A stretch of DNA of 64,000 nt from Candidatus Micrarchaeota archaeon (lineage in GTDB: Archaea > Micrarchaeota > Micrarchaeia > Norongarragalinales > UBA97): the NCBI GenBank assembly GCA_016194335.1, contig JACQBR010000008.1, positions 864 through 64,863 of the forward strand, written 5' to 3'. The translations under genes and the position numbers were made by a program. Position 1 is the stretch's first letter, and each line of letters begins with the position of its first letter. Under the pieces are notes generated by a model. It did no database searches and was not told the DNA's origin. It saw only the letters and a program-made list of their open reading frames with translations. Positions 18,150 to 27,716 of this stretch are shown piece after piece.

Positions 18150-18320
18150 ATTTTCCGTAAACGCTTTTCGAGCGCGCCGAGGAGGCGAAGCCGACGAGCA
18201 AGCGAGGAAAAGGGTTTAGCGAGCGAAGAAAGGGTTGTGGTGGGGGGTCGTTCTCCGTCAACGCTTTCGAGAGCACCTTGACGAGCCCGTAGGCGAGGAG
18301 AGTGCTCGAAGAAAGGGTTG
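18150..18320. repeat. Imperfect tandem direct repeat of about 75 nt, two copies, purine-rich, in a 420-nt divergent intergenic region
   Basis: ...aaacgcttttcgagcgcgccgaggaggcgaagccgacgagcaagcgagg..gcgagcgaagaaagggttgtgg compared with ...caacgctttcgagagcaccttgacgagcccgtaggcgaggagagtgctcgaagaaagggttgttgg. Confidence 0.5.
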
Positions 18321-18471
18321 TTGGAAAAGAGGTGCACAGAGCACCAGACCGTTTGGAATTGCCTCCTTGGGGTTGCCTTGCTTTCCTCTTTTCCAAACTA
18401 AGTTCGTCCGTTTTTCCATAAATAGCTTGCGGCCCGTTTGGGCTGCGGTGATTTATATTTTGGCTCAAATA

Positions 18472-19167
18472 ATGAATCCGGCAATGAAGGCGAAAACCAA
18501 GGGCGGGGAGACCATCGCTTCGGCCGTGAGGCGCGCGGTGACTGGCAAGCCGGCAATCGCCGACGCCCTCAAGCTGGGCGTGGTGAACTACCACGCGCTC
18601 GCGAGGCTCGTTTCCGGCGAGGTGGGCGGGCCGGGCACCGATGCGGTGGTAAGCGCGCTCAAGCGGCTCCGGAGGGAGCTGGAATATTCCCGTTGGGATG
18701 AGGGGATAAGGGAGCTCGTGGCAAATTCCACCGTAAGCCTCAGGCCGGATGTTGCCGTGATTACCCTGCCCGCAGGGTTCGACTGGAAGAGCCTGCAGGC
18801 TTCCCTCAGGGCGTTCCAGGTGGTGGAAGGCCCCAACGCCACCATCATCGTGGTGGACGAGCGGGTGCTTGATTCCTCCAGCTCTCCCCTGACCAAGGGC
18901 TTTGGCGTGAGGCGCGGGCTTGCCGCCGTTACCCTCAAGTCGCCTTCGGAAATGATGGACACCCCCGGGGCGCTTTGCCACTTCCTCTTCCCCATAGGCC
19001 TCAACGGCATCAACATCGAGGAGGTGATGAGCTGCTATACCGACAAGATCATCATCTTCAAGCTCGAGGACGCGCAGAATGCATTCACCATCCTCAACGA
19101 CCTCATCAGGAAAACAAGGGAGGAACTCAAGTCCGGGGCGGGCAGGCTCGTGAAGGTCCCAAAATAG
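18472..19167 (+). CDS. Putative regulator with an N-terminal HTH and a C-terminal ACT-like domain (COG2150-like)
   Basis: HTH-like segment IASAVRRAV..IADALKLGVVNYHALARL. ACT-like C-terminus. Start taken at the ATG at 18472. Confidence 0.35.
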   Translation: MNPAMKAKTKGGETIASAVRRAVTGKPAIADALKLGVVNYHALARLVSGEVGGPGTDAVVSALKRLRRELEYSRWDEGIRELVANSTVSLRPDVAVITLPAGFDWKSLQASLRAFQVVEGPNATIIVVDERVLDSSSSPLTKGFGVRRGLAAVTLKSPSEMMDTPGALCHFLFPIGLNGINIEEVMSCYTDKIIIFKLEDAQNAFTILNDLIRKTREELKSGAGRLVKVPK

Positions 19168-19224
19168 GTTTCGGGGTTTTTATCAAAACGCATTTAACTT
19201 CCCTGCGCGTTAATCTGCATCAGG

Positions 19225-19953
19225 GTGGTGCTCTTGTCTTCAAAACTGGTCAACGGTTCTCAACCCGTGGTGATTTCCCTGGGCGGAAGCATGCTTTTCA
19301 GGCAGGGCGGGGAGATTGACGACGGTTACATAGCTGATTTTGCAGAGTTGGTTGGGGAGAACCATTCAAAGGGCCTCAAGTTTGCAATTCTCGTAGGGGG
19401 GGGCAAGACCAATTCCGAATACGCCAGGGCAGTCAGGGCGCTTGCGGACAACGAGTTCCTTGCCGACCGCGTTGGCATTTCCGTAACGCGGCTCAACGCC
19501 CAGCTGCTCATTGCCGCGATGGAGGGCATTGCCTACCCCCGCGTGCTTACCGACTTTGACAATGCGGTGGACGCCCTGCGCGAGGGGCTTACCCCCGTGA
19601 TGGGGGGGATGCTCGAGGGGATCACCACCGACACCGACGCAGTGCTTCTTGCGGAGAGGATAGGCGCAAAGACGCTTCTGAACCTCAGCAACGTGGAGGC
19701 GGTTTTCGACTCCGATCCCAAGGTCAACCCCAAGGCGAAGAAATACTCCTCGATGAGCCACGCGCAGCTGGTGGAACTTGCCAGCAGGAGCGACGACCGC
19801 AGGGCGCGGACGCATTTCGTCTTCGACCTCATCGCATGCAAGCTCGCGGCCCGCTCAGGAATTGCCGTGCACTTCATCCACGGAAGGAAGCTGGACGAGG
19901 TGCAGAAGGCCATTGACGGCAAGGGCCACTCTGGGACGGTGGTGAGGAGTTAG
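19225..19953 (+). CDS. pyrH: Amino-acid-kinase family protein, probably archaeal UMP kinase
   Basis: VVISLGGS, AILVGGGK and DRVGISVTRLNAQLL blocks fit UMPK better than isopentenyl phosphate kinase. Confidence 0.55.
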   Translation: MVLLSSKLVNGSQPVVISLGGSMLFRQGGEIDDGYIADFAELVGENHSKGLKFAILVGGGKTNSEYARAVRALADNEFLADRVGISVTRLNAQLLIAAMEGIAYPRVLTDFDNAVDALREGLTPVMGGMLEGITTDTDAVLLAERIGAKTLLNLSNVEAVFDSDPKVNPKAKKYSSMSHAQLVELASRSDDRRARTHFVFDLIACKLAARSGIAVHFIHGRKLDEVQKAIDGKGHSGTVVRS

Positions 19954-19959
19954 GGGGGA

Positions 19960-20721
19960 ATGGGAAGGAAAACGGCGAGGCGACTAAGCAGCAGCTCCAA
20001 CGGTAGAAAAATCCTAATTGTAAAAAACGCGCACCACGAAGGACCGGGCTTGATCGCGCAGTTCCTCAAGACGCATGGCGTCCCTCACGACGTTGTGGAC
20101 CTGGGCGAAACGGAATTCCCCAAGGTCAGGAATTACTCGGCAGTCATCGTTTTGGGCGGGCCGGACAGCGCCAATGACAACTCGCCTAAAATGAAGCTGG
20201 AGCTTGAGAGAATCAGGCAGGCGATAGCTTCCGGAAAACCGTTTTTGGGCGTGTGCCTTGGGATGCAGGCCCTTGTGAAGGCCGCCGGCGGGACTGTGGT
20301 TGCAAATAAGGTGAAGGAAATAGGCTTTCGCGACCACGAGCGCTCGATTTTTGGAATTGAAAAGACAATGGCGGGCAGGAAAGACCCTCTCCTTGCAGGG
20401 CTTGAAAACACGCTGAACATCTTCCACCTCCACGGCGAGACCGTCGCCCCCGCCGATGGAATGGCGGGCAGATTGACTGTCCTTGCGACCGGCAGGCACT
20501 GCCACCACCAAATCGTTCGGGTTGGAAGGAACGCGTGGGGAATCCAGGGCCACTTCGAACTCACGCCCGGGATGCTGCGCCAATGGCACAAGATAGATGG
20601 TGACTTGAATGCCAGGAACCTCGCTCAGTTGAGGAAGGACTACGCGGGCCTGAGGGAACAGCTCGAATCGAATTGCAATGCAATCGTGGGCAATTTCCTC
20701 AAGCGCGCCGGGGTTCTATAG
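19960..20721 (+). CDS. Class I glutamine amidotransferase-like protein
   Basis: GVCLGMQ contains the catalytic Cys. His is downstream in WGIQGHFE. Confidence 0.7.
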   Translation: MGRKTARRLSSSSNGRKILIVKNAHHEGPGLIAQFLKTHGVPHDVVDLGETEFPKVRNYSAVIVLGGPDSANDNSPKMKLELERIRQAIASGKPFLGVCLGMQALVKAAGGTVVANKVKEIGFRDHERSIFGIEKTMAGRKDPLLAGLENTLNIFHLHGETVAPADGMAGRLTVLATGRHCHHQIVRVGRNAWGIQGHFELTPGMLRQWHKIDGDLNARNLAQLRKDYAGLREQLESNCNAIVGNFLKRAGVL

Positions 20722-20732
20722 ACCGATTCCGC

Positions 20733-21311
20733 CTAACCTTTTCTTGCAACCGGCCGCCCGACCCGCCTTAGGGAAGCGGAGATTCTTTGCAGGCGTGCTT
20801 TTGCAATCGAGTCCTCCCGCAGTCGCTTCTCTTCTGAATCTTGTTTTTGCCTTAGTTGCTCCTCGAGCGTTTCGATTCTTGCCTGCAACTCTGCGTTGCG
20901 TCGCAGAGCATGGGCGCCTGCCGTTTTTTCCGCAGCAAAAGCGCGGCTTTCTGAAATGATTTTGGCAATGCCAAGTTGGTACTTGCTTAACGCGTAATCG
21001 CCGCCCAGCGTCCTGAGGCTGGGCTGGTGCCCTGCCATGTGGTCGAGGGGCCTGAGCCGGCCGGCGACTTCCTGCTCCAATTCCTCCATTCGATTGAATG
21101 CTTCCATGAACCCGCCGGGCGCGCCTTTGGGCGGTTTGGCATCCCAACCAAGCATTTTCCCTCCGTTGTGCCTGATGACTTCCTTCCGCGCCTTTTCGTA
21201 AGCGAGGCATTTGTCCCTGAACTCGCGCGTAATCCAGTCAGGAAAAGCCCTCTCGAACTCCGTGCCTCTGGCAGCCCCATTCCGCCTTCCGGGTATTTTT
21301 GTCCTCGCCAT
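20733..21311 (-). CDS. Hypothetical protein (193 aa) with a C-terminal coiled coil
   Basis: Start taken at MARTKIPG. The C-terminus ELQARIETLEEQLRQKQ... is heptad-like. Confidence 0.4.
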   Translation of the reverse strand: MARTKIPGRRNGAARGTEFERAFPDWITREFRDKCLAYEKARKEVIRHNGGKMLGWDAKPPKGAPGGFMEAFNRMEELEQEVAGRLRPLDHMAGHQPSLRTLGGDYALSKYQLGIAKIISESRAFAAEKTAGAHALRRNAELQARIETLEEQLRQKQDSEEKRLREDSIAKARLQRISASLRRVGRPVARKG

Positions 21312-21312
21312 C

Positions 21313-21534
21313 TTAAACCCACCCCTGGTGCCGAATGTAAAAGTAGAAGCTGATTGCGTAAAGCAGAACGCCAACAATTACCAATACTGGCATTGCAATC
21401 GAATCCTGCTTTGCAAGGAACATCCCGTAGCCAAGGCCGAGAAAACCCAGGCCAAGGGTGGCGAGGTAGCTCGCCTCGCCGAGAAGTTCATCCTTAACTA
21501 GTCTTGTTGTTAGCACCATCTGCTTTCCATCCAA
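21313..21534 (-). CDS. Small membrane protein, paralog A (73 aa)
   Basis: Shares the motif EASYLATLGLGFLGLGYGMF with the adjacent small ORF. Confidence 0.5.
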   Translation of the reverse strand: MDGKQMVLTTRLVKDELLGEASYLATLGLGFLGLGYGMFLAKQDSIAMPVLVIVGVLLYAISFYFYIRHQGWV

Positions 21535-21542
21535 TTTTTGTT

Positions 21543-21710
21543 TTAACCCATTGGAATATGCCCCAAATTAGAAAAACCGCCACCATACGCCGGGAATGTC
21601 GCATAGTTCTTGGATTCGTTTATGCCGAACATAGCATAACCTAATGCCAAAAATCCAATGCCGATTGTTGCAAGATAGGTTGCTTCTTCCAATGATTTTC
21701 CCGAATTCAT
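21543..21710 (-). CDS. Small membrane protein, paralog B (55 aa)
   Basis: MNSGKSLEEATYLATIGIGFLALGYAMF... is a paralog of 21313..21534. Below the ORF-track size cutoff. Confidence 0.45.
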   Translation of the reverse strand: MNSGKSLEEATYLATIGIGFLALGYAMFGINESKNYATFPAYGGGFSNLGHIPMG

Positions 21711-21734
21711 CTAACTCGCCTACGCATTTCTTAT

Positions 21735-24287
21735 TCACTCATCTTTCCTGCCCCTCTCCAAGAGCGCCCGCATCTCCGCGCTTGCCACGACCTTGCGCGT
21801 GAGGTCGACCACGTCGGGGTTGACGCTGATGGAGTCAATGCCGTAATCGACCAGCTTTTCGGCAAACTCTGGGTAGACGCTTGGCGCCTGGCCGCAGATT
21901 CCCACCTTCACCCCGTATTTGTGGCAGGTGACGATGACGTGCTTGAGGCTTTGGTAAATCGCGTCGTCCCGCTCGTCGAACTCCTCCGCGACGATGGGGT
22001 TGTCGCGGTCGATTCCAAGCGTGAGCTGCGTGAGGTCGTTGCTGCCGATTGAGAAGAAGTCGGCTCCGGCCTTGCAGAATTCCTCGGCGAGAATCACGTT
22101 TGAAGGCACTTCGCACATCATCCCCAGCTTGAAGTCGCGGCTCTTGTGAAGCCCGCTTGCCTCGACGAGCTTTTTCACCTGCGTAAACTCGTGCACCGTG
22201 CGCACCACGGGAATCATGAGGTGGAGGTTTTTCATTCCGTACTGCTCGCGCACTTTCTTGATTGCCTCGAGCTCGAGGGCGAATTCCTCCGGGTCCTTGA
22301 TGTAGCGGAAGCACCCTCGGTAGCCGATCATGGGATTCTCCTCGTGGGGCTCGAATTCCTCCCCGCCCTCGAGATTGCGGTATTCGTTTGTCTTGAAGTC
22401 GGTAGCGCGGTAGATTATGGGCCGGGGGTAGAATGCCGCGCAGACTTTGCGCAGGCCCTTGGCAAGCGAGTCGACGAATTCCTGTTGCCTCCCTTCCTTG
22501 ATGAGCTTCTTGGGGTGCACGCCGATTCCCGCGATCATGAATTCCGCGCGCAGCAGGCCCACGCCGTCAACCGCCAGGTCTGCGGTCCTGTCGGCAAGCT
22601 CCGGTTCGGCGATGTTGACGTAAATTTTAGTTCCCGTGATGATGGGAGATGCGCGCGTGACGTGTTCGGCAACCTGCTGTGCCGGCGTCTTGGCCTCGGC
22701 CATTTCCAGCTTCCCTTCGTAGATGATTCCGCGCTTGGCGTCCACAGTGACGATTTCGTCCTCGTGAAGGGCCGAGGTGCCGTTGCGCGTGCCGACGACG
22801 CAGGGGACGCCGAGCTCGCGCGAGACGATTGCCGCGTGGCAGGTCATCCCGCCCTCGTCTGTGATTATGGCCTTGGCGCGCTTCATTGCGGGCACGAAGT
22901 CGGGCGTGGTCATGTGGGTGACGAGCACGTCCCCGTTCTTGACCCTGTAGATTTCCTTGATGTCAAGGATGATTCGCACCGGTCCCGACGCGATGCCGGG
23001 TGCCGCGCCCAGGCCGTGCAGGAGCGCAACGTCGCCGCCCGCTTTGACCGCGGTGCTTTCCCCGCTTGGGGAGACCACGTGGATGGTGGGCGTTGAAGGA
23101 AGGTTTGACGACGGGAGACTTGAATCGCTTGGGGAGAAGCTGGAGCCTGTTGAATAAGTGGAGGAGAGGCCGCTTTGGGGGTTTGCCATCATCGCCATCG
23201 CGTCGGCTGAAGGGGATTGTGTCGAATCGGGGTTGGGCTGGCCATCGGCATTTTCCGGCGCGGCGTCGTCGGTCTTGCGGTCAAGCGTGGTGATCGGCCT
23301 GCTCTGGACGATGTAGGTCCTTCCGCCCTCGATTGCCCACTCGATGTCCTGAGGCGAGCCGTAGTGCCTCTCGATGCTTCGGCCGATTGAGGCGATTTCC
23401 ATCACCGCCCCGTCGCTCACCTTCTGCGCCTCGACGAGTTCCTGCGGCACGTCAAGCTCGTCGTTGCCCTGGCCGTCCCTGCGCCTGACAATCATTTTTT
23501 CCTGCGCGTTGACCTGCTTTGAGATTATTTGCAGCGAGTTCTTGTCCACCTCGAAATGGTCGGGCGTAATCATGCCGCTAACGATCGCCTCGCCCAATCC
23601 CAGCCCGCCTTCAATCACGATTCGGCCGTGGTCTTGCGAAATGGGGTCGACGGTGAACATCACTCCCGACGCGTCTGAATTGACCATCCTCTGCACGACC
23701 GCGCACAGCCCCACGCTGAGATGGTCGAACCCGTTTTGGATGCGGTAGTAAATCGCGCGTGCTTCGAAAAGCGACGCCCAGCATCGCTTCACGGCGTCCA
23801 CAACGCCGGCAGTGCCGCGGACGTTGAGGTAGGTGGACTGCTGGCCGGCAAAGCTCGCCTCGGGAACGTCCTCGGCAGTTGCGCTGCTTCGCACCGCAAC
23901 GTAAGCGCCGCCCTCAAAGCCGCTTATTGTGGGAAGGATTTGGTCCACTCCCGATGCCTGTGCGGAGAGTTTTTCGTAAGCCGCGCCGATGGCGTCGGAA
24001 ATTTCCTTCGGCATCTCCGCGCCCATCATTGCGGACTTGATGTCGTCACTCGCCTTCTGCAGGGCGGCGGAATCCTCCACGTCGAGGTTTTCTGTCTTTT
24101 TCTTAATGAAGGCGTCGAGGTTGTTCAGCAGTATGAATTGCCGGTAGCTCTCCACGCTGACGCAATACCCTTCGGGGACGGGAAAACCCGCGTTGGCCAT
24201 CTCGCCGAGGTTCGCGCCCTTGCCGCCCGCAATTGCGAGGGAGCCCTTGCCAAGCTCGCCAAACCAGTAAATGTGCTTGATAGCCAT
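21735..24287 (-). CDS. ppsA: Phosphoenolpyruvate synthase (pyruvate, water dikinase)
   Basis: ATP-grasp N-terminal domain, mobile His domain (GGMTCHAAIVSRELG) and PEP-utilizer C-terminal domain. Carries an unusual 85-aa S/T/P-rich linker. Confidence 0.92.
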   Translation of the reverse strand: MAIKHIYWFGELGKGSLAIAGGKGANLGEMANAGFPVPEGYCVSVESYRQFILLNNLDAFIKKKTENLDVEDSAALQKASDDIKSAMMGAEMPKEISDAIGAAYEKLSAQASGVDQILPTISGFEGGAYVAVRSSATAEDVPEASFAGQQSTYLNVRGTAGVVDAVKRCWASLFEARAIYYRIQNGFDHLSVGLCAVVQRMVNSDASGVMFTVDPISQDHGRIVIEGGLGLGEAIVSGMITPDHFEVDKNSLQIISKQVNAQEKMIVRRRDGQGNDELDVPQELVEAQKVSDGAVMEIASIGRSIERHYGSPQDIEWAIEGGRTYIVQSRPITTLDRKTDDAAPENADGQPNPDSTQSPSADAMAMMANPQSGLSSTYSTGSSFSPSDSSLPSSNLPSTPTIHVVSPSGESTAVKAGGDVALLHGLGAAPGIASGPVRIILDIKEIYRVKNGDVLVTHMTTPDFVPAMKRAKAIITDEGGMTCHAAIVSRELGVPCVVGTRNGTSALHEDEIVTVDAKRGIIYEGKLEMAEAKTPAQQVAEHVTRASPIITGTKIYVNIAEPELADRTADLAVDGVGLLRAEFMIAGIGVHPKKLIKEGRQQEFVDSLAKGLRKVCAAFYPRPIIYRATDFKTNEYRNLEGGEEFEPHEENPMIGYRGCFRYIKDPEEFALELEAIKKVREQYGMKNLHLMIPVVRTVHEFTQVKKLVEASGLHKSRDFKLGMMCEVPSNVILAEEFCKAGADFFSIGSNDLTQLTLGIDRDNPIVAEEFDERDDAIYQSLKHVIVTCHKYGVKVGICGQAPSVYPEFAEKLVDYGIDSISVNPDVVDLTRKVVASAEMRALLERGRKDE

Positions 24288-24498
24288 CGCATCCCCCTGG
24301 GGAAGATTAGGCGGGTGGAATTTAAAAAGAGGGGTGGCGGGCGCGAAAGCGAAAGGCGTGGCGCAGGGGGGGGAAGAGGAAAATGATGCGATTAAGGGAC
24401 CAAAGGTAGGAACTAGTCAGAATCAAGAAACTCAATAAAAGTTCTAAGGAAAAAAAGGTTAGAAAAACGGAAGTTGATGGGCGTCTGAAGTTAGCGCC

Positions 24499-25209
24499 TT
24501 ACTTCTTCTTTCCCGCCGCGGGCTTGGCCTCTTCCGCCTTTGCGGGAGCGGCGCCTTCCTTGCCCGCCGGCGCGGCGGCTACGGCGCCTTCTGCGGTTGG
24601 GGCCGCAGCGGCCTCTTCAACCTTGACTTCCTCGACTTTCTTCTTCATCTTCCTGCCCACGAGGGAGCGGAGGAGGTTTACCGAGTCGGCAGTGATGTCG
24701 CGGCTCACCACGGTGTAAGTGCCTGAGAGTTTTGTATGCGCCTTCCTGAGCGCTTCCTTCATTTCGGGAAGCTGCGCCGAGGCGATGCGGCCGCGGAAAA
24801 TTGCCTCGCCTGCGCGCACGCGCGCCATCCTCCCCTTGGGCTTGCCAAACGCGCGCTTCATCCCCTTGGAAATGCGGTCTGCCCCCGCCACGCCCAGCGC
24901 GGAGTGCTCGCGAAGCACGAGGTGGGGGAATGCGACCACTTGGAAGAAGTAGTTGTCAAGGAGCTTTTTCTCGAGGTATTTGTTAGCCGCCTGGCGCGCG
25001 GCTTCAATGGCGTTGTCGCGAAGTTGGATGTTTCCGTCGGCAACCAGCTCGACTTCAATGTCGAACCGCTTGTCCGTGCCCATGTTGTACTGGCGCACCT
25101 TCACGTGCGGTGCTCCCTTGACGTAGGACTTGCGGGGCTTTCGCCTGCTCATGCGTGCCCAAGGCTGCCCCTTCCAGTCCCTGCATGCCAGTGCCGGCCT
25201 GATTCCCAT
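24499..25209 (-). CDS. rpl10e: 50S ribosomal protein L10e (uL16), with a C-terminal A/K/E-rich tail
   Basis: Blocks RPA.CYR, Y.KG.P..K and MG...F match L16/L10e. Confidence 0.85.
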   Translation of the reverse strand: MGIRPALACRDWKGQPWARMSRRKPRKSYVKGAPHVKVRQYNMGTDKRFDIEVELVADGNIQLRDNAIEAARQAANKYLEKKLLDNYFFQVVAFPHLVLREHSALGVAGADRISKGMKRAFGKPKGRMARVRAGEAIFRGRIASAQLPEMKEALRKAHTKLSGTYTVVSRDITADSVNLLRSLVGRKMKKKVEEVKVEEAAAAPTAEGAVAAAPAGKEGAAPAKAEEAKPAAGKKK

Positions 25210-25289
25210 TTCTAGCCACTTGCATAAGCGTTTATAATTCGCGCTGCGTTAAGGAGTTTTACCTGCAAATGGTATAAAAAACCCATTGC

Positions 25290-25889
25290 ATGGCCGAAGT
25301 GAAAAACATGGCGATTATCGAGGATTTCCTGCGGGCTTTCATCGGCCTTGTCGTAATCATGGACCCGCTTGCGAGCATTCCCGCCTACCTCGCGCTCACG
25401 AGGAATTTCAGCCCCAAGAGGATGTTCGAGGCGGCCAACATCGCAAGCATCTCGGCGGGGGCTACCCTCATCGCATTCATTTTCGTAGGTCCCGCCCTGT
25501 TTTCGTTCCTCTCAATCACCATTGCCAACTTCAAGGTGGCGGGGGGAATCGTTCTCCTCATCATGGGAATCGAGCACGTGCTCGGCCTGAGACTGGACAG
25601 CGGGGGGAGCAAGAAGCACTATTCCCTTTCCCTCGTAATCATCGGCGTCCCGCTCATCACCGGCCCCGGCGCGCTCACCGCCGCAACGCTGCTGGCGGAC
25701 TCCGCCGGACTTTGGGTCACTGTCGCCGCCGCCCTCTGCGCAATCATCCTCACGAGAATCATCCTCGGCTACGCCGACAGGATAAGCTCCAAAGTCGGCC
25801 CTCTCGGGCTTGAAGTGTTCTCGCGCATCATGGGCCTGCTGCTCGCGGCGATTGCCGTGGCGTTCATTCGGAGCGGGCTGGTTGGCTAA
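25290..25889 (+). CDS. MarC-family (UPF0056) integral membrane protein
   Basis: Six TM helices with MarC-like conserved blocks. Confidence 0.75.
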   Translation: MAEVKNMAIIEDFLRAFIGLVVIMDPLASIPAYLALTRNFSPKRMFEAANIASISAGATLIAFIFVGPALFSFLSITIANFKVAGGIVLLIMGIEHVLGLRLDSGGSKKHYSLSLVIIGVPLITGPGALTAATLLADSAGLWVTVAAALCAIILTRIILGYADRISSKVGPLGLEVFSRIMGLLLAAIAVAFIRSGLVG

Positions 25890-25913
25890 AGCTGATATTC
25901 AATTCCCGGCCTT

Positions 25914-26912
25914 TTACGCGAACTGCAGTTCCGTGAGGAATTCGCACGCCTTGCACAACCCCCCTGTTGAGCGGCCCGAATGCTTCTCCCCGCAGCGGGT
26001 GCATTGTGCCATGGGGATTTCCCGACTCGCGGCAATCGCGCTTTTTTGTGATTTACCTCCATTCAATCCTTTCTGGATTTCAAGAAACGAGTGGAGCAGA
26101 TTGAACTTCGTGCCCGGATAGTTTTTCTCCGCGCCGTTGAGGAAGTCCTTCACATAGCCGCGGAATGACTCGCCAGCGTATGGGCAACCGCCCAGGTGGA
26201 AAGGCAGGTTTTTGAGCTTGCAGAAAAGCGCGCATTCGATTTCAAGGTTGTAGACGAGGGGCTTGACGCGGCGGGCGAATCCCTCTTGCGGCTCTTCCTC
26301 CCCTCCCGCCGAGCCCATCGGGCCGTTCCTTGCCGGCTCGCTGCGCATGAGGTTCATCATAAAAGTCTGTGCCGTGTCGTCGGCATTGTGCCCGACTGCC
26401 AGCTTGTTCGCGCCCACCCCGAGCGCCGCCTTGTTCAGCGCCTGCTTGCGGAAAACCCCGCAGTAAGTGCAGGAAATTCGAGGAGTGAATCCCTCCTTTC
26501 CTTCTTGGGCCAGCTCGTCCCTGCGCGCCATCACCTCATCCATGCTTGCGGAAAAAAGTTCTTTGTAGCTGAAGGTTTGTAGAGTGTAGCCAAGCTGGCT
26601 GCAAAGTTCCTGTGCTTTGAGTGCAGCGACGTTGCGGTAGCCCTCAATCCCCTCGTCAATGAGGATGGGCTTTAGCGTGATGCCTCCAATGCGCTTCGCC
26701 ATCTTGTCAAGGCAATAGAGCATCGCGGCGCTGTCCTTCCCGCCGCTCACCCCCACCGCAACTATGTCCCCCCTGCGCAGGAGCGAGAAATCGCGGTTGG
26801 TTTTCGCAACGCGGCGTTCGAACTGCGCCGTAAAGCACCCGCCGCACAGGTCCTGCATGGTGTATTCCATTCGCATTGCCGCAGGCAGGCCGCACTTGAG
26901 ACAAGCGGACAT
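25914..26912 (-). CDS. ttuA: TtuA/NcsA-type PP-loop tRNA 2-thiolation ATPase
   Basis: SGGKDS PP-loop flanked by CxxC zinc fingers at the N- and C-termini. Adjacent to a ubiquitin-like sulfur carrier. Confidence 0.75.
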   Translation of the reverse strand: MSACLKCGLPAAMRMEYTMQDLCGGCFTAQFERRVAKTNRDFSLLRRGDIVAVGVSGGKDSAAMLYCLDKMAKRIGGITLKPILIDEGIEGYRNVAALKAQELCSQLGYTLQTFSYKELFSASMDEVMARRDELAQEGKEGFTPRISCTYCGVFRKQALNKAALGVGANKLAVGHNADDTAQTFMMNLMRSEPARNGPMGSAGGEEEPQEGFARRVKPLVYNLEIECALFCKLKNLPFHLGGCPYAGESFRGYVKDFLNGAEKNYPGTKFNLLHSFLEIQKGLNGGKSQKSAIAASREIPMAQCTRCGEKHSGRSTGGLCKACEFLTELQFA

Positions 26913-26949
26913 TAGGTTCGCATCACGTTCTTTTCCCGTTTCACTGTTT

Positions 26950-27153
26950 TCAACCGCCGTAAATGACTCCCAAGAGTTCGAGCTCGTCGCCTTCCTTCAA
27001 TTCGGTGGAGGGATGGGCGATTTTCCCGTTGACGGAAATGAGGAGTGTCTGGCCGTTGAGATTGCGCGAATCAATCACGTCTTGAACCGTAGTGCCTAAC
27101 TCCAGTCCCTCGTCTTCGGTCTTACCAAGGCCGTTTGAAACCCTTATTTTCAT
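26950..27153 (-). CDS. Ubiquitin-like small archaeal modifier/sulfur carrier (MoaD/ThiS fold) ending in GG
   Basis: 67 aa ending ...GVIYGG. Lies next to the ttuA-like gene. Confidence 0.75.
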   Translation of the reverse strand: MKIRVSNGLGKTEDEGLELGTTVQDVIDSRNLNGQTLLISVNGKIAHPSTELKEGDELELLGVIYGG

Positions 27154-27279
27154 GTGCCGAAACGCCTTCTCCTTCTCTTTAAATCCTTTTTGCCTCTAAA
27201 GAGTTAATTACCGTTATTGAAGATGTGGGACCGAATCCTTTCCCAAAAGGGTTGCCCGAATTATTGAGGTGTTGTCATA

Positions 27280-27711
27280 ATGGGTATGTTCAAGTACGTC
27301 AGGGAATCGTTCCAGCAATCCGTTTCAAAGCATTCCGACACGTTCAAGGCCCGCCTGCAGAAGTGGAGAAAGCAGCCTAGCATCGTGCGGGTTGAGAATC
27401 CCACCAACACCGTGAGGGCCCACGAGCTGGGCTACAAGGCGAAGAAGGAGTTCGTCGTGGTGCGCATCCGCGTTTCGAAGGGAAAGCGCACGAGGCCCGC
27501 CGCGGCCCTTGGCCGCAAGCCCGGCAAGAACGTCAAGCGCGTTTCCCCCGGATTCAGCCTCCAGAATCTGGCGGAGCAGCGCACGGCGGTGAAGTACCCC
27601 AACCTCAAGGTGGTCAATTCCTACCTTGCGGGGATGGACGGCACGCACAAGTACTTCGAGGTCATCCTTCACAACGATTTTATTGCCTCCAAGCCTAATA
27701 GGCCACGCTGA
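27280..27711 (+). CDS. rpl15e: 50S ribosomal protein L15e
   Basis: YKAKKEFVVVRIRVSKGKRTRP and YFEVIL match L15e. Confidence 0.85.
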   Translation: MGMFKYVRESFQQSVSKHSDTFKARLQKWRKQPSIVRVENPTNTVRAHELGYKAKKEFVVVRIRVSKGKRTRPAAALGRKPGKNVKRVSPGFSLQNLAEQRTAVKYPNLKVVNSYLAGMDGTHKYFEVILHNDFIASKPNRPR

Positions 27712-27716
27712 AAAAT

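Noticed and set aside
22146-24386. Several 200-316-aa plus-strand ORFs inside ppsA
   Set aside because: Antisense to PEP synthase. No motifs.
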